DNA of 64,000 nt from positions 1,696,001 through 1,760,000 of the forward strand of contig JASGJH010000001.1 in the NCBI GenBank assembly GCA_047601445.1, given 5' to 3'. The DNA comes from Myxococcales bacterium (GTDB taxonomy: Bacteria > Myxococcota_A > Polyangia > Polyangiales > DASUME01). Below the pieces are notes generated by a model. That model was given only the letters and a program-made list of their open reading frames with translations. It was not told the DNA's origin and did no database searches. Both the position numbers and the translations under genes were made by a program. Shown here piece by piece: positions 39,804-51,442 of this stretch (the first letter of the stretch is position 1; each line of letters opens with the position of its first letter).

Positions 39804-40397
39804 ATGGCGACGCCTTTCACGGGAAACCACTTCTCCGGCCATCCAAGACCTAGCGTGAGGCAACTCCTCAAGGATGTAGGCGAACGTGCGCAGCGTGAAT
39901 CCCACGCCGGTAGAAGGTCTGTAAGACACGGCCTGAGTCTCATCGTACTGGCCTTGGTTGCCTGCACACCCCGCACCGAGCCGAGTCAGAAAGAGCGCGA
40001 ACAGGACCGTCAGCCGTTCGCCCGCAGCCTCAAGGAACTGAGAGACGCCTCGAGCCCGACGAGCAGCGACTTGGTGGGGGTCGACACCGCCGAGTACCTC
40101 GTGCGCTGCGCGCTGCCCGCCTACGACGCGATCACAATCAAGGATCACACAGGTGGGATCATCACGCTCCACGGTGAGCTCGGTCTCGCTCCGGAGTGGA
40201 AGGCGACCCGCTGCGACAGCAACTGCGAGGAAAAGGTCCGCGCTTGCCTGATGGCGCGGGCCAACGCCTCCGGCAAGCAGGTGCAACTCGAGCTTCTCGA
40301 TTACGACGTGCAGGGGCCCGGACGCTCACCGACTGTCACCACGTTGCCCGTCGCCGTTGCACTTCTTCTGGGTCGGCAAAACCTGCGAGACGAATAG
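39804..40397 (+). CDS. Myxobacterial Cys-rich lipoprotein, possibly truncated
   Basis: Lipobox LVAC and YLVRCALP...GELGLAPEW...C...C...ACLMARAN. Start position uncertain. Confidence 0.55.
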   Translation: MATPFTGNHFSGHPRPSVRQLLKDVGERAQRESHAGRRSVRHGLSLIVLALVACTPRTEPSQKEREQDRQPFARSLKELRDASSPTSSDLVGVDTAEYLVRCALPAYDAITIKDHTGGIITLHGELGLAPEWKATRCDSNCEEKVRACLMARANASGKQVQLELLDYDVQGPGRSPTVTTLPVAVALLLGRQNLRDE

Positions 40398-40457
40398 ACG
40401 TTTGCTGCCGCGATCCGGACCAGCAGGCCGCTCCACCCGACGTACTTTCACGAGCGT

Positions 40458-41999
40458 TTAGTGCAGGTCCGTGACGCACGTGGTGTCCGCGGGATCGCAC
40501 TCCACCAGGCCGAATCCGAACTCGGCGGGCGCGGTGCCACCCGTGCCCTGGCTGGCGTCCACGACGAAATAGTGATCGCCGGCCGCGACTTCCAGCTGCA
40601 ACAGAGCGAAGTGCGAGCTCGCGCAGTGATCCAGACCGCCGATGAAGTGGTGCACGTAGCTGCTCGCCGAGCTGCCATTGCGGTCGAAGACGAACGCGCG
40701 CAGCTTGGTGGCCTTGGTCGCGGTGTACTTGTAGATGCGCTCGCCAGCGCTCTCGTTCTTGCCAGGGCCTTCGCCGTTGAACCCAGCGGGGCTCGGGCAC
40801 GCCGAGTACGAGGACCTATTGCCACTCGCCGCAAACTCACGCAGATCCGAAAAAGGGAGACTCCGCGCGAAGTAAGGGGTCGTTTCCGTTCCTTCCCCTT
40901 CGAGGGTCGACCCATCCGCATCCGGCACGGCCGCGCTGTCGAGCAGGACGGTCTTTGCACGGTGCATCTGCTCCACGACGCTGCGATTCATCACGTTGTC
41001 GCCGAACGCGAGGGCCGGAACCGAGAAGTCGCATGGATTGCCCATGTAGTCCGCGAGATGGGCACCGTCGCTCCAGTAGCCCTCAGCGCCGAGCTTCTGA
41101 TACTCGGGGTACGGATCCGCAAATGGCACTTGCCGCCCCTGGGCCACGGCGCGCGAGAGCGCATTCACCAGGGAAAAGAGCATGTTCGGCTGGGGGCGCC
41201 CGTAGTACGGCGGTGCCGAGCGCAGCAAGGGAATCGTGCCATGGGCGATCAGCGTATCGACGATTTCGAGCATGGGTGCACCCACGTTCTCCACGATCAA
41301 GTAGTCGTCGGCGTTGGGATCTCCGGCTCCTGCATGCCCAATCGGCCCGAAACTCACGAGCGCAAACGCCGGATGCGCCAGCTCGATCTGCTGCTGCAAC
41401 CACGAGCTACCGCCGCTGCCGTCGATGACGGACCGCGGTACGAAGCTCTCCATGTCGACCGTGTAGGCAAACGGACTCACCCCCTGGATGCTGCCCCCGA
41501 GAAAGTACTGGAGCGTCGGTTCTGCGGAGACCGTGGCACCCAGCACAGGAGTCTCGCCTGACTTGGGGTCGAAACACCCGAGCAGGTGCGACGCATGCGA
41601 GAGGTTGTCGCCCACGCGAATGAAGTTCTTTCGATTGGTGTCGCTTCCCTTCGCAAGAATGCTTCGCAGCGTCTGCGCCACCGATGGCGTCAGGGGCGAG
41701 TGGCGAAGGTCGCCTGGATAGAGGACGGGCCTATCCCCGGCGCGCGGCCCACTGCCCCCGTCCTGTCCGTTCCCTGCGCCACTATCGGCATCGGCTGCAT
41801 CGTGGTCCGTGTCAGAGCCGGCGTCGCGCTGCATGCCTCCGTCGCGCTCTGAGCCAGCGTCCCCGCCCGACCCGCGATCAGCATGCTGGACAGTGCACGC
41901 GACGAGCAGCCCAGAACCGAAGGCCAGCGCTGCCCACCTACCCTGGACGACCACCAGCTTCTTGCGAGCGCGCTCTCCGTTGTCTCGATTCTGCAGCAT
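40458..41999 (-). CDS. SGNH/GDSL-like lipoprotein with degenerate block I
   Basis: Lipobox LVAC, Asp/Gly linker, RVGDNLS (GDS expected), DGAHL (DxxH), C-terminal beta domain. Confidence 0.6.
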   Translation of the reverse strand: MLQNRDNGERARKKLVVVQGRWAALAFGSGLLVACTVQHADRGSGGDAGSERDGGMQRDAGSDTDHDAADADSGAGNGQDGGSGPRAGDRPVLYPGDLRHSPLTPSVAQTLRSILAKGSDTNRKNFIRVGDNLSHASHLLGCFDPKSGETPVLGATVSAEPTLQYFLGGSIQGVSPFAYTVDMESFVPRSVIDGSGGSSWLQQQIELAHPAFALVSFGPIGHAGAGDPNADDYLIVENVGAPMLEIVDTLIAHGTIPLLRSAPPYYGRPQPNMLFSLVNALSRAVAQGRQVPFADPYPEYQKLGAEGYWSDGAHLADYMGNPCDFSVPALAFGDNVMNRSVVEQMHRAKTVLLDSAAVPDADGSTLEGEGTETTPYFARSLPFSDLREFAASGNRSSYSACPSPAGFNGEGPGKNESAGERIYKYTATKATKLRAFVFDRNGSSASSYVHHFIGGLDHCASSHFALLQLEVAAGDHYFVVDASQGTGGTAPAEFGFGLVECDPADTTCVTDLH

Positions 42000-42010
42000 T
42001 CGATCAACCC

Positions 42011-43534
42011 TCAGCCGAGCAGGGAAGAAATCCCCTGCGTGAATTCCGTATGCCCGCAGGTGCCATAGCTCTCGAGATTTTCGCCAAACAGGTTGGCGAT
42101 CGCGACCAGCACCGGATTGTGCGAGGTGAGCGTTGCCCCCTCGCAGTAGTCTTGGACCTGGGGGGTGCGCGCGGGAGCGACGATGCGCTTTCCTAGTTTG
42201 ACCTTACCGTTGGTACCACCGGCCAAGATCATGGGCACCTGGACGGTGCTGTGGGCGGAGCCCTGACCGCCGTCGCTGCCAGCGAAAACTACGGTGCTGT
42301 CCAGGATCCCCGCTTCGTCCAGTCGCTGCATGAACTTGGCGATGCGCATGAAGTACATACGATTGATGCCCGCGACGATGCGCTGGCTGAACAGTGCGTC
42401 GTCGCTGCTCCCATCCTGCAGACGGTGCGCGCCGTCATCGTGGATGTTGTGGTAGAGCGGGAGAGCCCAGTCCTGGGTGCCGTCTTCCACCTGAATGTTT
42501 TGTCCGGTCCAGCGGCTCGTCACGGTCCGTCCGTCCGGCACCGGCCCCAGATCATTGGGCATCAGAAACGTGGCGAACCGGGTGAGGTCGCACACGACCG
42601 CCTCCGCCAGCATGTCCATTTGGAGCTGCCAGGTCGGAACGATGTTACCCGGCGTGAACTTGTCTTCGATGTAGCCGCTGCTGGCCGGCACCGGACGCGC
42701 AGGTGGACTGCATTGCGCGCTGACCTGGATATCGTTCAAGCGCTTCTCGAGCCCACGCACCACCGTCAGATGCTGGTCCAGCTTCTCTTTCTCGGCGCCC
42801 GCCAGTCTCCCGTTCAGGCGTTGAATATCTTTCACCACGAAGTCGAGCACGCTGGCACCGATGGCGCGTTTGCGGGCGGCCGCCGCCTGGGCCGCAGGAT
42901 CGGTGCCCACGATCGCGCCTGCGAACACCTTGTCCCAGAGCTGAAGCGGCGTCTCCAGCGGCGCTAGCGGCGTGCCCCCGGTATCGAAGGAAAGACACCA
43001 GCCCGACTCGAGGGGGAAGGCAAACTGATCGAAGCCACGGATCTGCAGCGAACGAAACCGGGTGTCGTTCCCGTACTTGGCCGCCAAGTACTGATCGATG
43101 GAGGCGTTGAGGAGGCCGTTCGTTCCCTTGCAGCTGCCGGTCATCAGCAAACCCATGGCGCCATGCATGGGCACGTGCATGCTCGCGCCGCTCTGGTCGT
43201 ACTCACCGACTCCAAAGTCGAACCCCTCGAAGATGTCGATGCGGTCTTTGAAGGAGCGGCCGTAGGTGGTGGCGTCGTCGAAGGGCGTGAACGGAGACTC
43301 AGGGTAAGTCAGGGAAAACGAGGTCGAGGTATCGCCTGGCTGCCGTGCCCAAAACCGCTGGGCGGTGCCATGGAAGAAGCCAAAGCCGACGAACTTCAAG
43401 GGCAGCTGCCCCGTTTGGGCGAGCACGAAGTTGTTTTCCAACAGTTTGTAGAACGGCAAGAGCACGGCCGACGCACCCAACGCCTTCAGGAACGATCGAC
43501 GCGAAGCAAGGGCGCTACGAGATGGCTCGCTCAT
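42011..43534 (-). CDS. DUF1552 family protein with Tat signal
   Basis: SRRSFLK twin-arginine motif, SIDQYLA, SVLDFV, KLDQHL, CDLTRFAT, ILDST, P.ILAGG. Confidence 0.85.
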   Translation of the reverse strand: MSEPSRSALASRRSFLKALGASAVLLPFYKLLENNFVLAQTGQLPLKFVGFGFFHGTAQRFWARQPGDTSTSFSLTYPESPFTPFDDATTYGRSFKDRIDIFEGFDFGVGEYDQSGASMHVPMHGAMGLLMTGSCKGTNGLLNASIDQYLAAKYGNDTRFRSLQIRGFDQFAFPLESGWCLSFDTGGTPLAPLETPLQLWDKVFAGAIVGTDPAAQAAAARKRAIGASVLDFVVKDIQRLNGRLAGAEKEKLDQHLTVVRGLEKRLNDIQVSAQCSPPARPVPASSGYIEDKFTPGNIVPTWQLQMDMLAEAVVCDLTRFATFLMPNDLGPVPDGRTVTSRWTGQNIQVEDGTQDWALPLYHNIHDDGAHRLQDGSSDDALFSQRIVAGINRMYFMRIAKFMQRLDEAGILDSTVVFAGSDGGQGSAHSTVQVPMILAGGTNGKVKLGKRIVAPARTPQVQDYCEGATLTSHNPVLVAIANLFGENLESYGTCGHTEFTQGISSLLG

Positions 43535-45181
43535 TTTGCACTCCGCGTGGCGAATGTGTCGCTCTGAACGAACGCGCCGAACATGGCGAGGATGTCGTCA
43601 TGCTTCTCGACGGGAAGCGCGTCCCATGCGGCCAGGAACGCTTGCTCCGCCTCTGGTGCCGAGGTCGTTGCTGCAAAACGGAACACGTTGCGAGCAAAAC
43701 AGCGACGAACGTCCACGCTCTCACTGAGTAGCTCCACGAACGCACGCCCGTCCGTGTAGGGCCCCTTCACGTCCGTGCTGTTCAGCATGCCCGAGGCATC
43801 GATCGTCTTTCCGTTCTCGGTCGCGCGAAACTGGCCTGCCTGGTCGAAATTCTCGAACGCGAAGCCGAGCGGGTCAATTTGCGAATGGCAGCCCTTGCAG
43901 GCCGCATTGGTCGAGTGACTCGCGAAGCGCTCGCGCGTGGTCTGATTGGGCGTGGGTTCCGGGATCATCATGGCGGTCTTGGCGAGATCTCCGGTGGGGA
44001 AGGAGATCTCCTGGCACAGAAGGCGTCGCAGGACGGTGGCTCCGCGCTTGACCGGGGAGCTGTGATCTCGACTCGCGTGCCCCGCGAGGAACGCCCCCTG
44101 CATCAAGATGCCGCGCCGCGCAGTCGAATCGAGAGATGTCTCGACATAGTCGCTCGCGCTCGCCCCTGAGAGGCCGTAGAAGTCTGCCAGCGCAGCGTTG
44201 GCCATGGTGGAAATTGGCCGACAGCAACGTCTTGAAGGAGCTCCCGTCGCCAAACACCACCGCGCTGACGAACTCGGCGGTCTCCTGCTCGAACTCCGAC
44301 CTCAGCAGATTGAAGTCGAGCCCCTCCACCAACGGAACCGCCTGCGCCAGTTGGTCGATTCCGAGCCACTCTTTGACAAAGCGCTGCATCTGAGTGCGCG
44401 CCCGTGGGTCGGACTGGATCAAGCGCGTGAAGTGCGCGAGGCGCTCGGTGCCCGAGCCGAGCTCATCGGCGGCAGCGGCTGCGAGCAACTCCTGATCCGG
44501 AGGGGCACCGATCACGAAGTACGACAGAGCCGAGGCGAGTTCGTAGGGCTCGAGGTCGCGAGTGGATCCGTCGGCTCCACCGAGCTGTGGAATGTAGAGA
44601 AACGAAGCCGACTGCAACACGGCTTGGATGACAGCTTGCACGCCATCGTTGAAGGTACCGCCCGTCGCTGCCACGTTGAAAACGGCGAGAAGATCCGCTT
44701 CTTCCTCGCTGCTCGTGGGACGACGGAACGCCTTCTCGGCAAAACTCTTCACGAACTGCTTGGCACAGCTGTCGCCAGCCGTCGCCGAACATGGCAGAAG
44801 CCTGCCTAGCTTCCCGGCCACCGCCTGAGCCGCCAAGCCCTCTGCACTCAGCCGCAACTGATCGCCGCGGGTCTCGTCTACGCGCTGTGCCATGGACGAC
44901 GTGAACCATGCGTTGCGCACGTCCGGGGCAAAGGTAGTCACCGCGTTCGCGTTCAGGTCCAGGAGATCTTTGATGGACGCGTCGTACTCTGCATTGGTGA
45001 GTTTGCGCAGACCGGCGGGCAGGAGACTGGCAGTGCTTGAATCAAGGCTACCGCCGTCGGCAATCGCCCCTTCGCTGGGGCCTGCGGGAGCGCTCAGGAC
45101 GCCGTCACAGGCGGAAGGCGCCACGAGGACCGCGCAGCACAAAGCCGCGGTGCGAAGTACATGCGGGATGGTTCGCTGCAT
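43531..45181 (-). pseudogene. DUF1587/1595/1592/1588/1585 (PSD/PSCyt) lipoprotein, frameshifted as assembled
   Basis: LRKLTNAEY, AFRRP, LEPYELASALSYF, RRGIL, SSPVKRG, CKGCH..IDPLGFAFENFD. Removing one G at 44209-44210 restores LLSANFTMANAALADFYG and a 549-aa ORF. Confidence 0.85.
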
Positions 45182-45509
45182 TGGAGTTTCGTGTTGGGGG
45201 TCGAAAGACCGCCTGAAAACAAGCTCTCACGCTACCGAGGCACGTCTGCGCGCGCAAGAGAGGCACACCCCAAACGAAGACGTGGGCGCTGCCGAACCCA
45301 GCCGAGTGGCTGGTGCGCTGCGATGGCAGATCGAATCAGTACCCCGTGGGCACCGAACCGGCTCAACAGGCCACCTTACTTACTTACCGGCTCGCTCCGG
45401 GGCCGCTGTCATCACGGTGCCCACTCGAGCTGGAGCTTCCGGGGAAACACTGACCCGAGCAGGCGTTCTGGCGCCACCCGCCCATGCGACATACCCTTCA
45501 CCCCGTCCG

Positions 45510-46496
45510 ATGCCCTCCCAGCCTGATCCCGCGACGGTCGACACGAGCCACATCCATGCTCTCGAAGAAGCTCTGACGAACTGCGGAGTGAGCGAGGGCC
45601 AGCGCCAGGTCGCCCTCAAGGCAGCCGGCGCAAAGCGAGCAGGCTTTTGGCAGCGAGCGCTCCAGGCACAGGCTCCCCTCTTGGCCAAAGTCACGGGCGA
45701 CTCGGCCCTGGGACTGCGCATGGGGTGCGCGATGCCAAAAGGTGCAGGGGGCGCGGTGGAGTACCTCCTGTGCACGGCGCCTTCCTTTCGCAGGGCGCAC
45801 GTCCTGTATGAGCGTTTCAGGCCGCTCGTTGGCGACTCCCTGCGTCACGAAGCGCGCGAAGAGCACGGCTACGCCTGCCTCGAACTCGTGCCTCTACCGA
45901 ACGCGCCCCTCGATCGCGTGATTGAGGACTTCCGCTTGGCACGCATGTGGACGTTTGCGCGCCGTCAGCTCGGCCCGGAGGTCACCCCATCCCAGGTCTG
46001 CTTCACCTATCGGCGCCCCAAGGACCTGGCGCCCTACGAGCGCGCTTTCGGCCGGGCGTCCTTCGAGTTCGCCCAACCACGGGCCGGCATCCGCGTGCCT
46101 CAGCAGCTTGCCGACCAGCCCCTCGAAGGCAGCGCCCCCCTTCTACACGCCATCGTGCTGGAGCACGCCGAGCGGCTCCTCGCCCACCACCGAGAACCGC
46201 AAACCGTGGCCACCCAGGTGCGCGCGATTCTCGGTGAGGTCTTGCACGAGGGGCGGCCCGAGATCGCCGACGTGGCGCGTCAACTTGGTCTGGGCGAACG
46301 AACGCTGCGCCGCCGCCTGGCGGCGGAAGGCACGAACTACGCGGAGCTGCTCGACGGCGTGCGACTTTCTCTCTCGCAGGTGTTCGCCGACACGCCCGTT
46401 CGCGATCAGCAGCCCTTGGCTTTCCGCCTGGGGTTCGAGAGTGCCAGCGCATTGCGGCGAGCACGCAAGCGCTGGGCAGCACAGAGTCCCACCTAG
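45510..46496 (+). CDS. AraC-family regulator (Arabinose_bd_2-type N-domain)
   Basis: TGDSALGLRMG, IADVARQLGLGERTLRRRLAAEG, LGFESASALRRA. Divergent from the DUF1592 operon. Confidence 0.88.
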   Translation: MPSQPDPATVDTSHIHALEEALTNCGVSEGQRQVALKAAGAKRAGFWQRALQAQAPLLAKVTGDSALGLRMGCAMPKGAGGAVEYLLCTAPSFRRAHVLYERFRPLVGDSLRHEAREEHGYACLELVPLPNAPLDRVIEDFRLARMWTFARRQLGPEVTPSQVCFTYRRPKDLAPYERAFGRASFEFAQPRAGIRVPQQLADQPLEGSAPLLHAIVLEHAERLLAHHREPQTVATQVRAILGEVLHEGRPEIADVARQLGLGERTLRRRLAAEGTNYAELLDGVRLSLSQVFADTPVRDQQPLAFRLGFESASALRRARKRWAAQSPT

Positions 46497-46708
46497 AGTA
46501 CGGTTCAGCGGGAGGACCCGACCCGTTCGACGCGGGCTGAGGTTCACGCGGAGAAACCCGTACGATACGCGGGTCATCCAGCTCCAGTCGGTGTTCGCCC
46601 TGGTGTCCGCCGCGGCTTCCATTTTGTCCGGCGCGGTCTCTGTGCCCGCCGAATCCCACCCTACTTTCACCCCACAAAAGTAGGCAATCAACGAACAGGA
46701 AGCCGCTC

Positions 46709-47695
<987 letters not shown>

Positions 47696-47722
47696 TCCGC
47701 AGTGCGTCGCAGGGGGCCAAGC

Positions 47723-48415
47723 TCAGAAGCGCCCTCTGAATCCCGCCACGGCGCCCTGGGGACTGAGCGAGACGTCCACGCTACTGCGCAGCGCAGACAC
47801 GTAGCTTGCCCCACGCTGGCGCGCGAGGACCTCGAGGCAGAACAGCATGGCGCTGCCGGTTGCCAAGCCGAGGCCCGCACCGGCCAAGACATCCTTGTCC
47901 TTGCGCTCACCGTAGATGCTCAAGCCGACACCAGCTGCCGCGGCTCCGAGTTCGATGCCCAACAGCCACGAAAAGCGGTTCATGACGCCTCTCATGCGGG
48001 CGAGCTCCTCGCTTCGAAAACGCTCGGGGTCGGCGGCAATACGAGACTTACGGTCTTCGACCTGACCCTTTGCCGTCGCGGCCACCAAAACGCCGACGAG
48101 CAGCTGCAGCCCGCCGGTTGCGAATAGCGGATAGCTGGCGCCGCGCGCCCGGTCGCCGTCGTTCGTGACGAGATACGCACCCGTGCCGAGATAGGTGATG
48201 GCGCTGGCAACGAAGACCAGCCCTCCTGCCTTCTCAGCAGCGAAGTAGTGCTCCATGTGCTCGCTCAGCCTGAGCTTCTCGAACGAGCCCGAGTCCGCGC
48301 GTGCGGACACGGGAAGCGCCGCGAACATGGCAAGCAGGCCTGCCTGGATCCAAGGCACGGCTCCAACGACGGCAACGGCCCTGAAGAACAACCTCACTTC
48401 GGTCAGCTTGTTCAT
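47723..48415 (-). CDS. Hypothetical membrane protein
   Basis: Signal-like N-terminus, four hydrophobic segments, C-terminal ..GFRGRF. Confidence 0.65.
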   Translation of the reverse strand: MNKLTEVRLFFRAVAVVGAVPWIQAGLLAMFAALPVSARADSGSFEKLRLSEHMEHYFAAEKAGGLVFVASAITYLGTGAYLVTNDGDRARGASYPLFATGGLQLLVGVLVAATAKGQVEDRKSRIAADPERFRSEELARMRGVMNRFSWLLGIELGAAAAGVGLSIYGERKDKDVLAGAGLGLATGSAMLFCLEVLARQRGASYVSALRSSVDVSLSPQGAVAGFRGRF

Positions 48416-48765
48416 GCCGGGCTATGTCATCGGCGCAGGCTTCCAGCAATCGCGCCTAACCCGAAGCCTCCGCTGCATCCGAAAATGGGTGCCGCTCAGC
48501 GCGACGCCTGAATCTCGCTGTAGCTGACCACGTGACTACCAGCCGCGCCTCCGTCGTCGAGCAGCAGCACGATCTTGTCCCCAGGCAGGTACACGCCCGC
48601 ACGCTCCTTGGCCTGGACGATGCCGGGATTGGAGCTGCTCTGGGCCCTCTCGTCGAATCCATCGACCGGCGCGTCATCGAGGGTGAGCGGGCCGACGTAG
48701 CTCGCGCCGCTGTCCGTGATCGAGAAGCGTCGATCCCGGTGGCGTGTTCGCAGCAGGTGGCGCCC

Positions 48766-49296
48766 TCATTTCTCCAAACAGAGCTCGTGGACCGCCATGA
48801 CCGGGGTCGCCACAGCGGCCAGCAGGGCCGCAAGCAATCCTTTGAGGCCCACGGCAAAGCCGAGTGACAACGAGTTCACGCCCATGAGGGTAAGGATGAG
48901 AACGACCAACGAACCGAGCACCACAGAGCACAGGCTCCCCATGAGAATGGCTCTAGGCCAGACAGATACCGGCAGGTGTCGCAAGATTGGATGATCGGCC
49001 CGGCGAATCGCGAGCAAAGCCACCTTGCCTTCGCGCACCGCCCCCACGACGAAGCGGGTGACCGCGAGACAAGTCACGAGCGGCAGGAAGAAGAACATCC
49101 CGCTCACGTCGCCGGCGAAGTTGGGCTGCAGGATCCCCGGCCAGCTCAACTCGGGCCACATGCGCACGGGCAGGGCGTGCCGGAAGATGAGCCAACCGAT
49201 CGCCGCGTTGAACACGAGGTTGACCAACGCGGGCAACAAGCAGTGCTCCAGGAGGAGGTAGCGGCGTTGGTCTGGGGTCAAGGCGAGCGCTTGCAT
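48766..49296 (-). CDS. Hypothetical 4-TM membrane protein
   Basis: Four hydrophobic helices and GC3-biased codons. Start placed at ATG 49296. Confidence 0.65.
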   Translation of the reverse strand: MQALALTPDQRRYLLLEHCLLPALVNLVFNAAIGWLIFRHALPVRMWPELSWPGILQPNFAGDVSGMFFFLPLVTCLAVTRFVVGAVREGKVALLAIRRADHPILRHLPVSVWPRAILMGSLCSVVLGSLVVLILTLMGVNSLSLGFAVGLKGLLAALLAAVATPVMAVHELCLEK

Positions 49297-49572
49297 CGAC
49301 GGCGCGCCGATTCTTGCCTGACCACACGATACCCACAACGGTTTTCCCAGGCGTCCGCGTTCTTCTCTATGCGGTGATTCGAACCTCCTTCAGCCCTGGA
49401 GACGGGGTGATACGGTTCGCCCCTCCCACGGGTCGTTGGCTACGCGGCGGGCACCGCTCGGCGTGCCGCACACAAGCCCCAGGCAAGCTTTTAGACGCTT
49501 TGTTTGCGCGCGGCGCTTGGCTCGGCAGCGCCGGGTGATAGTACGTCGGGTGCGCGACGCGCACGGAGTGAG

Positions 49573-50061
49573 ATGGGCAAAGTGGAACAAGAGATTCGCG
49601 ACCGCCTGCATGCCTACGCTGCGGCCTTCTCGAGCCAGGAGATTGCGCGGATCTTGCCGCACTACGCTCGGAACGGCTTGGTTACCTTTTACCGCTTCCC
49701 GCGCGGCAACCAGGCGGCGCCGAGCACCGTACGCGTATTCAACGGGAAGCTTCCGTCGGCACTGCTCCGTTTCAAGTTACCACTCGGCTTGATGATGCGC
49801 GCGATGTTGTACGGCCTGCGCAGGCGCGGCTATGCGCGCTCGGTGATCGAGATCTTCGACGTCGAAGCGCGCGACGCGAACCTGGCCCGCGCGCATGTGC
49901 GCTTCGATCGGCTCGACGGCACAGGCAAGGTCTATGAGTCGCTCACCGCCGTCTACGTGCTGACTCTTGAAGTAGACACGTGGCGCATCCACGAGGTTTG
50001 GGCCTTCGACCCCGACAGCCCACCGCCCCCCGCACTCGGCATCGCGCGGCACGCTCGCTAG
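49573..50061 (+). CDS. NTF2/SnoaL-like fold protein
   Basis: YAAAF..., RGYARS, RFDRLDGTG, VYVL...WRI pattern. GGAG RBS. Confidence 0.6.
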   Translation: MGKVEQEIRDRLHAYAAAFSSQEIARILPHYARNGLVTFYRFPRGNQAAPSTVRVFNGKLPSALLRFKLPLGLMMRAMLYGLRRRGYARSVIEIFDVEARDANLARAHVRFDRLDGTGKVYESLTAVYVLTLEVDTWRIHEVWAFDPDSPPPPALGIARHAR

Positions 50062-50150
50062 CCACCCACCCGAGAAAACGCCGCGCTGCGTTGCTCCTAC
50101 TGCTCCGGTCCCTCGATGATCTTCGTGTCCAGGGGCAGCAGAGCGCGGGC

Positions 50151-51338
50151 CTACTTGAGATCGCCCACGAAGTCTTCGTTCACGAAGTGGCAAAACAGAT
50201 AGCTGGCGCTGCGGCCAGGCTCGAGGGGCTCGCGATAGTGGGGCAGCGTGCGCCCGAAGAACAGCGCGCCATCGCCGGGGGCCAAGCGCAGGGCGCTCGC
50301 TCCCACGCCGCCTGGTCGCGCCACCCACAGCGGCCAGGCCTCCTCACGAGCTTCGTCAGGCGTAACGTCGAGACAAACGGACAGGGTGTATTCGCACTGC
50401 TCGCGATCGGTGTGTGGCAAAAGCTCGGAGCCGGCGCAGTAGCTCGTGAAGTAGCAATAGGACGGCAGCACCGTGCGACCCAACAAGCGCGATACGAACG
50501 GCGCTAGCGCGTTGTGCAGCGGGACGAAGACGGGATGGTCGTGCACGATGTAGCGATCGGACTGGTTGTCGCCGCGCGGCAAGTGGCCCTGCCCGACAAG
50601 CTCGCGCGTGTAGGCTCGTAGTGCGCCCAGGAGGTGCGGCTGCAATAGCTCCGCGACAAACGTACTGCCCTCGCGGGCTAGCTTCTCCCGCAGGCCAGGC
50701 AAGCGCTCGGCAAAAACGCTCGCCCGGGCGCGCGCTCCTGCCGGATCGAGCAGCACCCCTGCAGCGATCCAGGAGCGGCGGCGCTCGGGGGCGAGTTCGC
50801 GGAGTCGCTCCGGCTCCAGCAGCGCCTGCCGGTAGGACTCCAACTCTGCCGCGTCCATTTGCACGCCGAACTCGAGCGGTGGGCCCGGATCAAACGCCAT
50901 CACCCAGCCGCCACGGGCCTCGGCGTGCGCCGGATCGACCCAGCTCGCCTCGATCACGCGTGCCGCCCGCGGAAACTCGAACTCCAGCGCCTCACTGGCC
51001 GCACCCTGCTCCACGCTCGCCGGACAGGCGTAGCGCGCCGCGCGCGGCAAGAACGAGCGCCGCACCAACACGCCGGCCTCCGCCAGGGCGGCCAACCCCT
51101 CGCTCAGCACGTCGAGCACCACCCCCTCGAGCGCACGGTGCTTGAGCAGCCACTTGAGCTCGCGCGGCTGCTCCGCCAACGAGAAGTGACGCTCGAGCAG
51201 CCCGCGCCCCGGCACGGGCGCCCGCACGCGCACGCTGAAGTCGGGATTGAGATCAACCCGGGCCAGGCCATTGCCCACCCAAGGATCCGCGGAAACGTCG
51301 CTCGGAGGCGCTTGATCCATGAAAGCCTGGTCGCCCAT
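50151..51338 (-). CDS. 2OG-Fe(II) oxygenase-like protein with N-terminal extension
   Basis: PHTDREQCE (HxD), PGDGALF, PHYRE (distal His), LFCHFV. Confidence 0.72.
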   Translation of the reverse strand: MGDQAFMDQAPPSDVSADPWVGNGLARVDLNPDFSVRVRAPVPGRGLLERHFSLAEQPRELKWLLKHRALEGVVLDVLSEGLAALAEAGVLVRRSFLPRAARYACPASVEQGAASEALEFEFPRAARVIEASWVDPAHAEARGGWVMAFDPGPPLEFGVQMDAAELESYRQALLEPERLRELAPERRRSWIAAGVLLDPAGARARASVFAERLPGLREKLAREGSTFVAELLQPHLLGALRAYTRELVGQGHLPRGDNQSDRYIVHDHPVFVPLHNALAPFVSRLLGRTVLPSYCYFTSYCAGSELLPHTDREQCEYTLSVCLDVTPDEAREEAWPLWVARPGGVGASALRLAPGDGALFFGRTLPHYREPLEPGRSASYLFCHFVNEDFVGDLK

Positions 51339-51442
51339 TCCTTACCTGGAGACGCCCCCGGTGCAGGGCAGGCGTCCCCAACTGTAGCCTGTTCGGCAAG
51401 ACTTGCGGGTGGGTCTGACTTTATTCGAAGATGGGGCGGTAG

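Noticed and set aside
46503..46562. Imperfect direct repeat GGTTCA.GCGG.AG..ACCCG after the AraC gene
   Set aside because: Only two degenerate copies in GC-rich DNA; not distinguishable from chance.
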